Source of the DNA: Thermoproteus tenax Kra 1
GTDB lineage: Archaea > Thermoproteota > Thermoprotei > Thermoproteales > Thermoproteaceae
DNA: 32,000 nt
NCBI RefSeq assembly: GCF_000253055.1
Contig: NC_016070.1
Coordinates: forward strand, 990,001-1,022,000
Direction: 5' to 3'
The position numbers were made by a program, and so were the translations under genes. Of this stretch, positions 1-9,521 are shown one piece after another (the stretch's first letter is position 1; every line of letters begins with the position of its first letter). The notes under the pieces were generated by a model. That model worked only from the letters and a program-made list of their open reading frames with translations. It made no database searches and was not told where the DNA came from.

Positions 1-84
1 TCACCAATACAACGACCCCGATTATTATGCCTGTCTTCGAGGCCATAAGGCACTATTAAAATGGAACTATTAAAATATTGAAAT

Positions 85-98
85 ATATAGATCTATAT
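85..98. promoter_or_regulatory. Perfect 14-bp palindrome ATATAGATCTATAT, probably the TATA box and possible operator of the liv-type ABC operon
   Basis: Read directly; the sequence is its own reverse complement. Its centre lies about 24 nt upstream of the ATG at 116. It is preceded by two copies of ACTATTAAAAT (52-62 and 66-76). Confidence 0.5.
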
Positions 99-115
99 GA
101 CTAATAGAGGTGGCA

Positions 116-1090
116 ATGCTTTTAAATATCATGTTAATCCGCGCCATGTTCAACAGCTTCTTAGACGATGTGTTGATCCCGGCGATAATATTTTCCAATA
201 TCTACGCACTGGCCTCAATAGGTCTGACGATGACATACATCACGACTAAAATACCTTCGTTCGCGCATGGGGATCTGGCGGCAGTGGGGGCCTATGCAGC
301 CTTCTATCTCTCATATTTTCTCTACGGCTCCATAATACCGGGCTCCGTCTATGTGGCAATGCCGGCGGCTGCTCTGGCCGGAGCCGCAGTTGCATATCTC
401 TCCTATATCGGAGTGTTCAGGCCGATGATCAGGCGCAATGCGAGTATAACAACGCTAATGATAGCCTCCTTCGGTCTCCACTTCGTGATATTCGGAATCC
501 TAGCCATAATTGATAGCGCGGTCCAAACGGCCTACGGGTGGACCACGAGGAACTTTCTCCTGAGCACAGGCCAGATCCATCTGCCCGGCCTCACTCTCAA
601 CGACGTGATAGCTCTCACGAGCACCATCTTTCTAGCGGCTATATTGGCGGCGCTCTACTGGCTGTTGAACAAGACCAAATTCGGAGTGATCATGAGGGCC
701 AGCATAGACAACGCCCCCCTCGCCAAGGCGATGGGCATAGAGGTTGAGCGCGTCTACGCCATATCGTGGCTGATAATAGGGGCTATAACGGGCATTGCTG
801 GGGTCTTCATGGGGATGATATTTCCGGTCACTGAGGAGCTGGGCTGGCTCAGACTGCCGATCATATTCATTGCGGTCGTGGTGGGCGGTCTCTCGAACAT
901 ATACGGGAGCGTGATCGGGTCCTACATAGTTGGGTTCAGCATGGTGCTCGGCTTCAACTACATTTTGTCTCCTCTGAACCTTCCGCCCGAGTACGAGCTC
1001 GCCATACCCTTCGCTATAGTGATCGCGGTGTTGCTCCTAGCGCCCCAAGGGATAGCTGGGCTGATAGCCGGCGCCAGGCGTAGGACATGA
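116..1090 (+). CDS. livH: Branched-chain amino acid-type ABC transporter permease (LivH/BraD family)
   Basis: ORF 110..1090 encodes a polytopic hydrophobic protein. It is the first of five co-oriented ABC-transporter genes, and its stop overlaps the next start (ATGA at 1087-1090). I prefer the ATG at 116 (324 aa) to the GTG at 110 because of its spacing from the TATA-like palindrome at 85-98. Confidence 0.85.
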   Translation: MLLNIMLIRAMFNSFLDDVLIPAIIFSNIYALASIGLTMTYITTKIPSFAHGDLAAVGAYAAFYLSYFLYGSIIPGSVYVAMPAAALAGAAVAYLSYIGVFRPMIRRNASITTLMIASFGLHFVIFGILAIIDSAVQTAYGWTTRNFLLSTGQIHLPGLTLNDVIALTSTIFLAAILAALYWLLNKTKFGVIMRASIDNAPLAKAMGIEVERVYAISWLIIGAITGIAGVFMGMIFPVTEELGWLRLPIIFIAVVVGGLSNIYGSVIGSYIVGFSMVLGFNYILSPLNLPPEYELAIPFAIVIAVLLLAPQGIAGLIAGARRRT

Positions 1091-2244
1091 ACAGACACGT
1101 CGTAGTTCTGGCCGCCCTTGTCGCCCTCGCCGTAGCTCTGTCCGTCTTGCTCGCCCTCTTCCCTGAGCTCAAGGGCATACGCATCTTGCTAGAGAACCTC
1201 CTGATATATATTACTATATATGGAATATATGTGCTCAGCCTCAACCTTGAGGTCGGCTACCTCGGAATACCCCAGTTCGGCAAAGTGATGTTTCTGACGA
1301 TAGGGGCCATAGCGGTAGGCGGCATTGCGACTAAGCTCATGCTCTTGATCTATCAGAGCGTGGTCGCTTCGTCAATAGGCGTATCCCCGCTGAGCAATAT
1401 CCACAACTACTGCACTCTCTATCAGTACTCTGTGATCAGTATAGTGAACCAACAGCTCGCCCTAAACCCCGTCCTTGGGCTCGGCTATCTGCTCTTCGGG
1501 ATTATTCTGGCTATGATACTCTCGGCCGTCCTCGGTCTGTTGTTTGCATATCCGGCGATAAGGCTGAAGGAGGACTACTTGGGCATATTGCTCCTGGTCA
1601 GCGCCGAGTTCATCCGGATCGTCACCTACTACGCTACGCCGGTTGCGTGCGGCGTCAATGGAGCAGTTATTCCAGACCCCTTCGCCTGGGCCGTTGGCGA
1701 GGAGAGGACCCTAGTCTTCCTGGCGGCCTCGGCCCTCTTCTTGGTCGTTGCCTTCTTGGTGTTCCAGAGGTTGGGGAACTCGCCCTTCGGGAGGGCACTT
1801 AGGGCTATACGCGACGCCGAGACTGCAGCGTCGGTGTTCGGCAAAGACATCGTTAAGTTTAGAATCAGAGTGCTCGCCGTATCCTCGGCCTTCGGAGGCC
1901 TGGCCGGAGCTCTACTGGCCTACTATTTCGATTACACTATTCTGGGCACCTTCTTGCCCATTTATACATTCATCGGTTGGACTATGCTCATACTGGGAGG
2001 TATGGGGAACAATGTGGGCGCATTAATTGGGGTGGCTCTATATTACGGCGTATCCACGCTGTTGGACATCTACAAAAACAGCCTACAAGCGCTTCTTTTC
2101 GGCGCCGACCCGACATATCTTGAGTATGTCGTATTCGGTCTCGCAATAATTCTAGTTTTAATGTATAGACCTCAAGGAATAGTTCCCGAAAAGCCTGTGA
2201 AAACAGTGGATCTGGAAAGAATAAGAAAAAGTACTAAAAGTTAA
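1087..2244 (+). CDS. livM: Branched-chain amino acid-type ABC transporter permease (LivM/BraE family)
   Basis: 385-aa polytopic membrane protein. ATGA start/stop overlap with the upstream permease. Sits in a LivHM-SBP-GF operon context. Confidence 0.85.
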   Translation: MNRHVVVLAALVALAVALSVLLALFPELKGIRILLENLLIYITIYGIYVLSLNLEVGYLGIPQFGKVMFLTIGAIAVGGIATKLMLLIYQSVVASSIGVSPLSNIHNYCTLYQYSVISIVNQQLALNPVLGLGYLLFGIILAMILSAVLGLLFAYPAIRLKEDYLGILLLVSAEFIRIVTYYATPVACGVNGAVIPDPFAWAVGEERTLVFLAASALFLVVAFLVFQRLGNSPFGRALRAIRDAETAASVFGKDIVKFRIRVLAVSSAFGGLAGALLAYYFDYTILGTFLPIYTFIGWTMLILGGMGNNVGALIGVALYYGVSTLLDIYKNSLQALLFGADPTYLEYVVFGLAIILVLMYRPQGIVPEKPVKTVDLERIRKSTKS

Positions 2245-2267
2245 ATAACAATCATATTTAGTTCAAT

Positions 2268-3632
2268 ATGGCCTCGAAGACAGGCATAATAATCGGGGTC
2301 GTTGTATTGGTGATAATAATAGCGGCTGTCGCCGCATATCTTGCCTCCCAGAGGCCGGCCTCGTCCGCCTATGTGTCCGCCACCACAACTACGACGCAGT
2401 CGACGGCGACCACGACTACTACGTCTCCGCAGTCAACGGCGACCGCCACTACGTCGACGACAACTCAAGCCGTCCAGACGGTCACCATCGGCGCGTTGCT
2501 GCCGCTGACGGGGGCGCTGCAGTTCATGGGGACGAGCGGGCAGTGCGCTATACAGCTTGCAGTCCACGACGCAAACCAGATGTTCGCGAGCAAGGGCATA
2601 CAATTCCAGCTGGTAGCGCAAGACTCAGCGTGCGACCCCAACACCGCCCTACAGAAGCTCCAGACTCTATACTCTCAGGGCATTAGGTTCGTGGTAGGGC
2701 TAACATGTAGTAGCGAGCTATCCGCCGTGAAGTCTTTCGCGGAGCAGAACCATATATTGATAACCAGTATCTCCACCTCTCCGCTTTTGGCGATACCTAA
2801 GCCCTACCTATTCAGACTCCCGCCCACAGACAACGCGCAGGCGAAGGTGCTCGCCGCGTTGTATCACTTTCTCGGGATAAAACGCGTTGTGATCGTCTAC
2901 AGATCGGACGCTTGGGGCCAAGGTCTCACCTCCGCCATCATAAACGCCACGAAGGCCTACGGCATCACGGTGGTCGGAGCCTTCGGCTACGACCCATCTC
3001 CCTCGGCTATGCCGGCCGCCGAGCAGGCCGCCGTCCAGAAGGCCTCCCAAGCGTTGGGCACCCCCGGCCCCGACGCCGCGTTTGAGATAGTGTCCTTCGA
3101 CCAAGACGGCGCTGCAGTCGTTCAAGCCGCCATGAACGACCCAGTTCTCTCGAAGGTCAGATGGTTTGGGACCGACAGCAATGTATACGGCACCGCCATA
3201 ATGCAGGCGGGCGGCCAGGCTCTGGCGGCTGCAAAGTTCATGGGAGCAGTGGCCTCCCCCAACCCCAATGATCCACACTACATCCAGTTCGCCCAAGAGT
3301 TCAAACAGTTCTGCGGCCATGCGCCGACGGGCTATGACCCGTACTACTACGACACGGCGATGATAGTGATGGAGGCCATAGCTCAGACCGGCTCCACAGA
3401 TCCCACCGTCATAAACTCAGTGTTGGAGCAGTGGGGCAAGAACGGCACCTACGTCGGCGCGACCGGACCTGTGTACTTCGACCAATACCACGATAGGATG
3501 TACGCAAGCTACTTGATAGTCGGCGTGGCGATAGTCAACGGGACGCCAACGTGGATAAACGCTGGGTTCTACAACGGCACCACTGGCCAGATAACGGTCT
3601 TCCCGCAGGGACAGCCGCTCTTCAGTTCGTAA
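2268..3632 (+). CDS. ABC transporter substrate-binding protein (type I periplasmic-binding fold, LivJ-like), membrane-anchored with a Thr-rich linker
   Basis: N-terminal hydrophobic anchor (IIGVVVLVIIIAAVAAYLA), then a Thr/Ser/Gln/Ala linker, then an ANF-receptor/LivJ-like body (VTIGALLPLTGALQFMG...). TATA-like GTTAAATAAC lies about 22 nt upstream. Confidence 0.85.
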   Translation: MASKTGIIIGVVVLVIIIAAVAAYLASQRPASSAYVSATTTTTQSTATTTTTSPQSTATATTSTTTQAVQTVTIGALLPLTGALQFMGTSGQCAIQLAVHDANQMFASKGIQFQLVAQDSACDPNTALQKLQTLYSQGIRFVVGLTCSSELSAVKSFAEQNHILITSISTSPLLAIPKPYLFRLPPTDNAQAKVLAALYHFLGIKRVVIVYRSDAWGQGLTSAIINATKAYGITVVGAFGYDPSPSAMPAAEQAAVQKASQALGTPGPDAAFEIVSFDQDGAAVVQAAMNDPVLSKVRWFGTDSNVYGTAIMQAGGQALAAAKFMGAVASPNPNDPHYIQFAQEFKQFCGHAPTGYDPYYYDTAMIVMEAIAQTGSTDPTVINSVLEQWGKNGTYVGATGPVYFDQYHDRMYASYLIVGVAIVNGTPTWINAGFYNGTTGQITVFPQGQPLFSS

Positions 3633-3664
3633 AAATTTTAAATAGCTTTCCCTTTTTTGTCGTT

Positions 3665-4423
3665 GTGTTAGAAATAAAAGGTATAGTCAAACAGTTCGGC
3701 GCCTTTAGGGCTTTAGACGGCGTAGATATGGTTGTGGAAAGGGGGAGGATCACGTTGCTCATAGGCCCGAACGGCTCTGGCAAGACCACGCTTATAAACG
3801 TAGTCACTGGGGTCTATAAGCCGGAGGATGGGAAGGTGTTCTTCAACGAAGATGGGAAAAAGGTCGATATAACAGGCTGGCCTCCCCACAAGGTCTTCGC
3901 CCAAGGCATAGTTCGCACCTTTCAGATACCTCAAGTCTTCCAGCGCCTGACTGTGATAGAGAACCTCTTGACCGTGGCCAGAGACCAGAGGGGTGAGAGC
4001 CTCAAGAACGCCTTTTTGAGATCCTCTTGGGTTAAACAAGAGGAGGAGTTGGCCGAGAGGGCCTTTAAGATATTGGACACAGTAGGTCTCGGCGACGTGT
4101 GGGACCGCTACGCCTACTCTCTCTCTGCTGGACAGATGAAGTTGTTGGAGATCGCCAGAGCCCTTATGGCAGGAGCAAAGCTCATTGTCTTAGACGAGCC
4201 CATAGCCGGCATACCGATAGCGCAGGCCCACTCTATATTTCAGACCATAAGGAAGATCAACGAGTCCGGCGTGACCTTCTGGGTCGTGGAGCACCGCATA
4301 GACATCGCCTTTAAATATGTTGACTACGTCTACGCCATGGCTAGCGGCAGAGTCATATCGCAGGGCGCGCCGGACGTCGTCGCGAGGGACCCCAAAGTGA
4401 TAGAGAGCTATATCGGCGGGTGA
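3665..4423 (+). CDS. livG: ABC transporter ATP-binding protein (LivG-like)
   Basis: Walker A GPNGSGKTT, signature LSAGQMK, Walker B LIVLDEP. The ORF-track start at 3551 overlaps the SBP gene. The GTG at 3665 (252 aa, MLEIKGIVKQFG...) lies about 25 nt after TTTTAAATA (3636-3644), just past the SBP stop. Confidence 0.85.
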   Translation: MLEIKGIVKQFGAFRALDGVDMVVERGRITLLIGPNGSGKTTLINVVTGVYKPEDGKVFFNEDGKKVDITGWPPHKVFAQGIVRTFQIPQVFQRLTVIENLLTVARDQRGESLKNAFLRSSWVKQEEELAERAFKILDTVGLGDVWDRYAYSLSAGQMKLLEIARALMAGAKLIVLDEPIAGIPIAQAHSIFQTIRKINESGVTFWVVEHRIDIAFKYVDYVYAMASGRVISQGAPDVVARDPKVIESYIGG

Positions 4424-4424
4424 T

Positions 4425-5147
4425 ATGGCGTTTCTGGAGATCTCCAACTTGAGCGCAGGTTACGGGAAGTTCCACGTGTTGAACGAAGTGACGTTGGAGA
4501 TAGAGAGGGGGGAGGTGGCCGTCTTGTTGGGCCCCAACGGCGCCGGCAAGTCCACCTTGTTGAACGCGGTGGCCGGCCTCGCCACGATCTACGGCGGCAA
4601 GATAGCGCTGGACGGCGTCGACCTAGTGGGGAAGAGGCCGGGGGAGATCCAGAGGGCGGGAGTCGGCTACGTCATGCAGTCGCCCAACAACTTCGGCACT
4701 CCCAACATATTCCCCGAGCTCACAGTGAGAGAGAACCTGTTGGCCGCATCGACTGGGCTCAGCCGCGGCGACTTCGAGAAAGTCTTGGGGGACGTCCTAG
4801 AGCTCTTCCCAAAATTGAAAGAGCTGATGCACAGAAAGGCCAAGTTCCTCTCAGGCGGAGAGAGGCAGATGTTGGCCATATCCATGGGCCTTATGAAGAG
4901 GCCCAAGCTCCTCATGTTGGACGAGCCCACGGCGGGCCTGGCGCCTAAGGTCGCCTCCGACGTCTTCTTAGCCGTCAAAAAGATCAAGGACATGGGCATA
5001 ACGATACTCCTGGTGGAGCAGAACGCAAGGAAGGCGCTCGAGATAGGCGATAGAGCGTTTGTGATGGTCACCGGCAGGCTGAGGTACTCGGGACCCGCGA
5101 GGGAATTGGACGAGGAGAAGCTCGGCAGATTGATACTGGGACAATAA
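4425..5147 (+). CDS. livF: ABC transporter ATP-binding protein (LivF-like)
   Basis: Walker A GPNGAGKST, signature LSGGERQML, Walker B LLMLDEP. Starts 1 nt after the livG stop. Confidence 0.9.
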   Translation: MAFLEISNLSAGYGKFHVLNEVTLEIERGEVAVLLGPNGAGKSTLLNAVAGLATIYGGKIALDGVDLVGKRPGEIQRAGVGYVMQSPNNFGTPNIFPELTVRENLLAASTGLSRGDFEKVLGDVLELFPKLKELMHRKAKFLSGGERQMLAISMGLMKRPKLLMLDEPTAGLAPKVASDVFLAVKKIKDMGITILLVEQNARKALEIGDRAFVMVTGRLRYSGPARELDEEKLGRLILGQ

Positions 5148-5175
5148 CTTTTTATCTGCAATTCATAAGGACTTT

Positions 5176-6471
5176 ATGTCCCATCCGCTCGATGAGGCCA
5201 AATGGGGCGCGGCCCACTGGCGCCTATTCGCCATAGTCTCAGCCAGCTTTTTTCTGGACGGAGTCCTCTTCAGTCTGGTCCCCACAGTGGCCTATTTGCT
5301 CCCCGAGCTCTCGGCTAACGCCACATTGATCTTTGCGGTCGACTCAGTGGCCTTCCTGTTGGGAGCTCTGGCCTTCGGCGCTCTGTCGGACAGAGTGGGC
5401 AGAAGGCTGGGCCTCGTCGCCTCTCTGGCCATATATACGGCCTCCTCTATTCTTTTCGTCGCTCTATACTGGGCAGGCGCACTGGGCCTAGCCGCGGCGC
5501 TCGCTACGACGGCCCTTATAAACTTCGGAGTGGGCGGCGAGACTGGGCCCGCCTTCTCGGCCTTGGCCGAGCTCTCTCCAGTGAGACACAGAGGTAAGGC
5601 CCTAGCTCTGGCTGCGAACTTCTGGAACATCGGCGCGGCCGCCATAGCCTCCCTCTCGTTGTTCTACAGCCAGCTTTCGAGCGATCCTGGCACTGTGATA
5701 ATCTGGACCTTCGGCACAGCAGTCGCCCTCGCCGCCGTAGTCCTATTGGCCCGCCTACACCTCCCAGAGTCGCCCAGATGGCTTGCCGCCCAGGGCAGAT
5801 CAGCCGAGGCGAGGAGGGTGGTCGCAGCCTTCGCCGGCGTTGAGGCAGATCCGCCGCCCCAGCTGAGCGGCGTTGGCCTGAGGGAGGCCCTCGGCACTAG
5901 GCTATTCGGCTTCCTGGTGTTGATAGTCGTGAGCGCAGCCCAGTTGGCCACGTACAACATTGCGGCCTACTATATGCCCTACGCCTCTGGCTTCCCGTTG
6001 GGGGCTAGCTCGGCGCCGCTCATTGTGGCCACGGCGAACGCCGGCGCCTCTATCGGCGGCTTCCTCCTGCTACCTCTGATAGACAGATCGCGGAGGATAT
6101 CCTTGGCTGTCGCGTTCGCCGGCGGCCTCCTCACGGCGCTGTCTTTCGTCCCGTTGGCACAATCGGAGACCCCCTTCTTGGCGGCTCTGGGGCTCAACAT
6201 GGTCTTTGCCGAGTGGGCCTGGGCCTCCCTCGGCGTGCTCGAGAGCGAGCTCTTCCCCACGGGCGTCAGAGCCTCGGTAGTGGGGACGGTGACTGCGGCA
6301 GCCTGGGTCGTCAACACGGCGTTGGTCTACTACGAGGGCTACATCGATGCGGCGACGTTCATGGCGATGAACTCGGCCGTGTGGGCGGCAGGCCTCGCGG
6401 CGGCGCTCGCCTGGCTGTTGAGGGGGCGCGAGTCGGCCGGAAGGACGTTGGAGGAGCTACAGTTCAAATAG
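5176..6471 (+). CDS. MFS transporter
   Basis: 431-aa protein with about 12 TM segments. DRVGRR motif after TM2. TATA-like CTTTTTATC lies about 23 nt upstream. Confidence 0.8.
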   Translation: MSHPLDEAKWGAAHWRLFAIVSASFFLDGVLFSLVPTVAYLLPELSANATLIFAVDSVAFLLGALAFGALSDRVGRRLGLVASLAIYTASSILFVALYWAGALGLAAALATTALINFGVGGETGPAFSALAELSPVRHRGKALALAANFWNIGAAAIASLSLFYSQLSSDPGTVIIWTFGTAVALAAVVLLARLHLPESPRWLAAQGRSAEARRVVAAFAGVEADPPPQLSGVGLREALGTRLFGFLVLIVVSAAQLATYNIAAYYMPYASGFPLGASSAPLIVATANAGASIGGFLLLPLIDRSRRISLAVAFAGGLLTALSFVPLAQSETPFLAALGLNMVFAEWAWASLGVLESELFPTGVRASVVGTVTAAAWVVNTALVYYEGYIDAATFMAMNSAVWAAGLAAALAWLLRGRESAGRTLEELQFK

Positions 6472-6489
6472 TATTAAGGACTGTTTTTT

Positions 6490-8409
6490 ATGAAGCGGGT
6501 CATATTCCACGATTTGATCACACTCGATGAGGCTAAAGAGATCTTGGTCTCCAGGGCGCGGCCGTTAGGGGTCGAGGAGGTCCCGCTCGAGGAGGCCTAC
6601 GGCAGAGTCTTGGCCGAGGACGTCTATTCGCCCGTCGACGTGCCCCCCTTCGACAGAAGCACTGTGGATGGATACGCGGTAGTCTCGGCCGATCTGGCTG
6701 GAGCGAGCGAGATATCACCAGTCAAACTGACGCTGAAGGGCAGAGTCGAGGCCGGCGGCTTCCCCGACTTCGAGCTGTCCAGAGGGGAGGCGGCGGAGGT
6801 GGCCACGGGCGCTCCAATACCTAGGGGGGCCGACGCCGTAGTAATGGTGGAGTACACCTCGGAGAGAGAGGGCGCCGTAGTTGTATATAGGTCGGTGTAT
6901 CCGGGCGAGAACGTAGTTCCCGCCGGCTCCGACTTCTCGGCGGGCGAGCTCATCCTGAGAAAATGCACGAGGCTCACACAGAGAGAGATAGGCGTGTTGG
7001 CGGCCGCGGGCGTGAGGAGGCCCAGAGTCTACAGAAGGCCCAAAGTGGCCATAATATCCACCGGGAACGAGCTCGAGGAGCCCGGGGTCCCCCTCGCGAG
7101 GGGCAAACTATACGACGTCAATACCTATTCTCTCGCCGCCGCTGTTGTGGAGTCCGGCGGCGCGCCGATAATAGTGGGCAGAGCCAGAGACGATCTGGAG
7201 GAGTACAGAGAGATTCTGGGAAAGGCGTTGGCCGCCGCAGACCTAGTCTTGATATCGGGAGGCACCTCGGCGGGCATGGCGGATCTGACCTACAGAGTCC
7301 TGGGCGATATGGGGCGCGTGTTGTTCCACGGCATAAAGGTGAGGCCCGGCAAGCCCACGATAGCGGCCGAGGTGGACGGCAAGATAGTCGTTGGTCTGCC
7401 GGGCTACCCGCCGAGCGCTCTCATGATCTTCCACTCGGTCGTGAGGCCCGCGCTCCTCTCCATGCAGTGTATGAGGCAGACGCCACCTGCAGTCTATAGA
7501 GCTAGGCTGTCCATGAGGACTGAGGGGGCCAAGGGGAGGAGGTCCCTCTACCCCGTCGTGCTGATAAACAAGGGAGGCTATGTGGCATATCCGCTCAACG
7601 CCGAGTCGGGGCTGATCTCCGTCTTGGCGAGGGCCGACGGATATATCGTGATACCTGAAGACGTGGAGTTCATGGAGGAGGGCGAGGAGGTGGAGGTTTA
7701 CCTCTTCGAGCGGTATACTCCAGCCTCCCTATATTTTATCGGCAGCAACGACATATTCCTCGATAGAATCTTGGCGAAGTTCGACGTTAAGGCCATATAT
7801 GTGGGATCCATGGGCGGCATACTCGCAGTGAAGAGGGGGGAGGCCGACGTGGCCGGGACCCACATGTTGGACCCAGAGACTGGCGAATACAACTCGCCAG
7901 TGATTAGGAGGCTGGGCGTCAAAGGCGCCGTGCTCGTGAGAGGCTTCGCGAGAGAGCAGGGCCTAGTGGTGGCGAGGGGCAACCCCAAGGGCATAAGAGG
8001 GTTTGAGGACCTTCTGAGGAGCGACGTGGTCATGGTGAATAGGCCGAGGGGCACTGGGACTAGGACGCTGTTGGACATGAAACTGGAGGAGATCGCCAAA
8101 GGGCGCGGGATCTCCGTCGAGGAGCTGGCCAAGAATATCCGCGGCTATACCCACGAGGTGAGGACCCACACTGCCGTGGCGGCGGCGGTGGCGCAGGGGA
8201 GAGCCGACGTGGGCTTAGCCATAAGGTACGCAGCTGAGATCTACGGCCTAGACTTCATCCCCGTTGGCTGGGAGATATACGACCTCTTGATAAGGGAGGA
8301 GGCCCTGGAGAGGGCTGGGCCGATAATCGAGGAGCTAAAGCGGGCCTCGGAGATGCCGCCGGGCTATAAAAGGCTGCCGGAGACGGGCGAGGTCGTGGCC
8401 AAGTTTTAA
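6490..8409 (+). CDS. moeA: Molybdopterin molybdenum/tungsten transferase MoeA fused to a C-terminal PBP-like (anion-binding) domain
   Basis: The N-terminal ~400 aa show MoeA hallmarks (PPFDRSTVDGYAV, ISTGNEL, ISGGTSAG, KPGKP). The C-terminal ~230 aa (YFIGSNDIFLD...GEADVAGTHMLD...VNRPRGTGTR) look like the PBP-like domain found fused to archaeal MoeA. Confidence 0.85.
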   Translation: MKRVIFHDLITLDEAKEILVSRARPLGVEEVPLEEAYGRVLAEDVYSPVDVPPFDRSTVDGYAVVSADLAGASEISPVKLTLKGRVEAGGFPDFELSRGEAAEVATGAPIPRGADAVVMVEYTSEREGAVVVYRSVYPGENVVPAGSDFSAGELILRKCTRLTQREIGVLAAAGVRRPRVYRRPKVAIISTGNELEEPGVPLARGKLYDVNTYSLAAAVVESGGAPIIVGRARDDLEEYREILGKALAAADLVLISGGTSAGMADLTYRVLGDMGRVLFHGIKVRPGKPTIAAEVDGKIVVGLPGYPPSALMIFHSVVRPALLSMQCMRQTPPAVYRARLSMRTEGAKGRRSLYPVVLINKGGYVAYPLNAESGLISVLARADGYIVIPEDVEFMEEGEEVEVYLFERYTPASLYFIGSNDIFLDRILAKFDVKAIYVGSMGGILAVKRGEADVAGTHMLDPETGEYNSPVIRRLGVKGAVLVRGFAREQGLVVARGNPKGIRGFEDLLRSDVVMVNRPRGTGTRTLLDMKLEEIAKGRGISVEELAKNIRGYTHEVRTHTAVAAAVAQGRADVGLAIRYAAEIYGLDFIPVGWEIYDLLIREEALERAGPIIEELKRASEMPPGYKRLPETGEVVAKF

Positions 8410-8621
8410 GCCTTCTCTACAGCTGAGGCCTCGACGAGCCACGCGCCCCCTCTCTCCTCTACTCTCACCGAGTACCCCAAGAGGGGGAGGACGTACTTTA
8501 GAACGGCTACGCAGTCTCTGTCGGGGACGAGGAACGCCGCCTTGTGGGGCCTTCTGCTGAGCAAATACGAGGCGGCCAACAAGCTCCCGTTGGGACATCC
8601 TGGGAGCTCCACTGTGTCCAC
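8406..8621 (-). CDS. Hypothetical small protein (71 aa)
   Basis: The only non-low-complexity ORF in the 235-bp gap between moeA and the dehydrogenase gene. GTG start; GGAGGGAT lies about 17 nt upstream. I recognise no family. Confidence 0.3.
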   Translation of the reverse strand: MDTVELPGCPNGSLLAASYLLSRRPHKAAFLVPDRDCVAVLKYVLPLLGYSVRVEERGGAWLVEASAVEKA

Positions 8622-8644
8622 ACAGATTGGAGGATCCCTCCTTA

Positions 8645-9493
8645 TTATTGATCTTGTCTGTGCAATTTTTGCTCAATATATTCCTCTAGCTCTGCGATGT
8701 CGAGGGCGCCCACTCCGGAGGAGATGGCGTCCCTCAGAACTTCCTCGAGTCTGTCCGCCACGGGCAGTCGTCTCAAGCCCAGCTCTGAGGCGAGCTCTCT
8801 GAACTGCCTCACCGCCGTCAGCGCGGCCGAGGCCGAGAATCCCTCAGCGTAGGCGCCCCTCAACATGGGCGGCATTCTCGAGGTCAGCTGCGCCGAGGCT
8901 GCGCCGCCCTTGGACAGCGCCGTCAGAGCTCCCTCGGGATCGAGGCCGGACCTTTTGAGGACAGCCGCTGCCTCTGCCAGCGCGGATACATACGAGGTCA
9001 GCAGATAGACGCTGATCAGCTTCAAAGCAGTGGCCGCCTCGTGGGAGCCGACGTATATCGGCTCGCCCAACATCCTCAAGAGACCCTCCGACTGGCGGTA
9101 GAGCTCCGGGGGCCCGCCTACATACAAGACGAGTCTCCCCTCTTCGGCTTCCCTTGGTCCCCTTTCCACTCTGCATGTGAGATAGCGCATTCTGTCTGCC
9201 ACGGAGAGGACGGAGCGGAGCTCCGACATGCTCTGAGTGGTGGTATCTACGACGACCGGGGACGCTGACTTCGGCGCACGTCTGAGGACGTCCAACACCT
9301 CCCTCCCCGTGGGGAGCGCGAGGAGGACGTAATCTGCCTCGAAACACTGCTCTAGACTGCGGCACAGAGGGACGCCCGAGGAGGCCGCGGCCTCGCTGGA
9401 GATGTCGAAGCCGGTCACTTCGACGCCTCTGCGCGCGAGGTTCCTCGCCATCCCTCTCCCCATTCTCCCCAGCCCCACGACGGAGACCCGCAT
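8645..9493 (-). CDS. NAD(P)-dependent beta-hydroxyacid dehydrogenase (3-hydroxyisobutyrate / 6-phosphogluconate dehydrogenase family)
   Basis: N-terminal Rossmann motif VVGLGRMGRGMARNL plus the C-terminal all-helical domain typical of the family. I prefer the ATG at 9493 (MRVSVVGLG) to 9499 because the TATA-like AATATATTTA (9511-9520, minus strand) is about 22 nt away. Confidence 0.8.
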   Translation of the reverse strand: MRVSVVGLGRMGRGMARNLARRGVEVTGFDISSEAAASSGVPLCRSLEQCFEADYVLLALPTGREVLDVLRRAPKSASPVVVDTTTQSMSELRSVLSVADRMRYLTCRVERGPREAEEGRLVLYVGGPPELYRQSEGLLRMLGEPIYVGSHEAATALKLISVYLLTSYVSALAEAAAVLKRSGLDPEGALTALSKGGAASAQLTSRMPPMLRGAYAEGFSASAALTAVRQFRELASELGLRRLPVADRLEEVLRDAISSGVGALDIAELEEYIEQKLHRQDQ

Positions 9494-9521
9494 TTGCATT
9501 AGGACGGGGATAAATATATTC

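Noticed and set aside
4667-5161. Long antisense or alternative-frame ORFs inside well-supported genes. Other examples are 2808..3320, 5292..6317, 6624..6977, 7698..8132, 8844..9365, 14393..14893, 16469..17281, 17422..17907, 20166..20570, 21918..22499, 25972..26319 and 31003..31542.
   Set aside because: All lie within genes with clear family signatures on the other strand or in another frame. They have Ser/Arg/Pro/Ala-biased composition and no promoter geometry.
8335-8676. 113-aa minus-strand ORF in the moeA/dehydrogenase gap
   Set aside because: It is Arg/Gly/Pro-rich low-complexity sequence that overlaps both neighbouring genes. The 71-aa ORF in the other frame is the less implausible model, and I keep that one only at low confidence.
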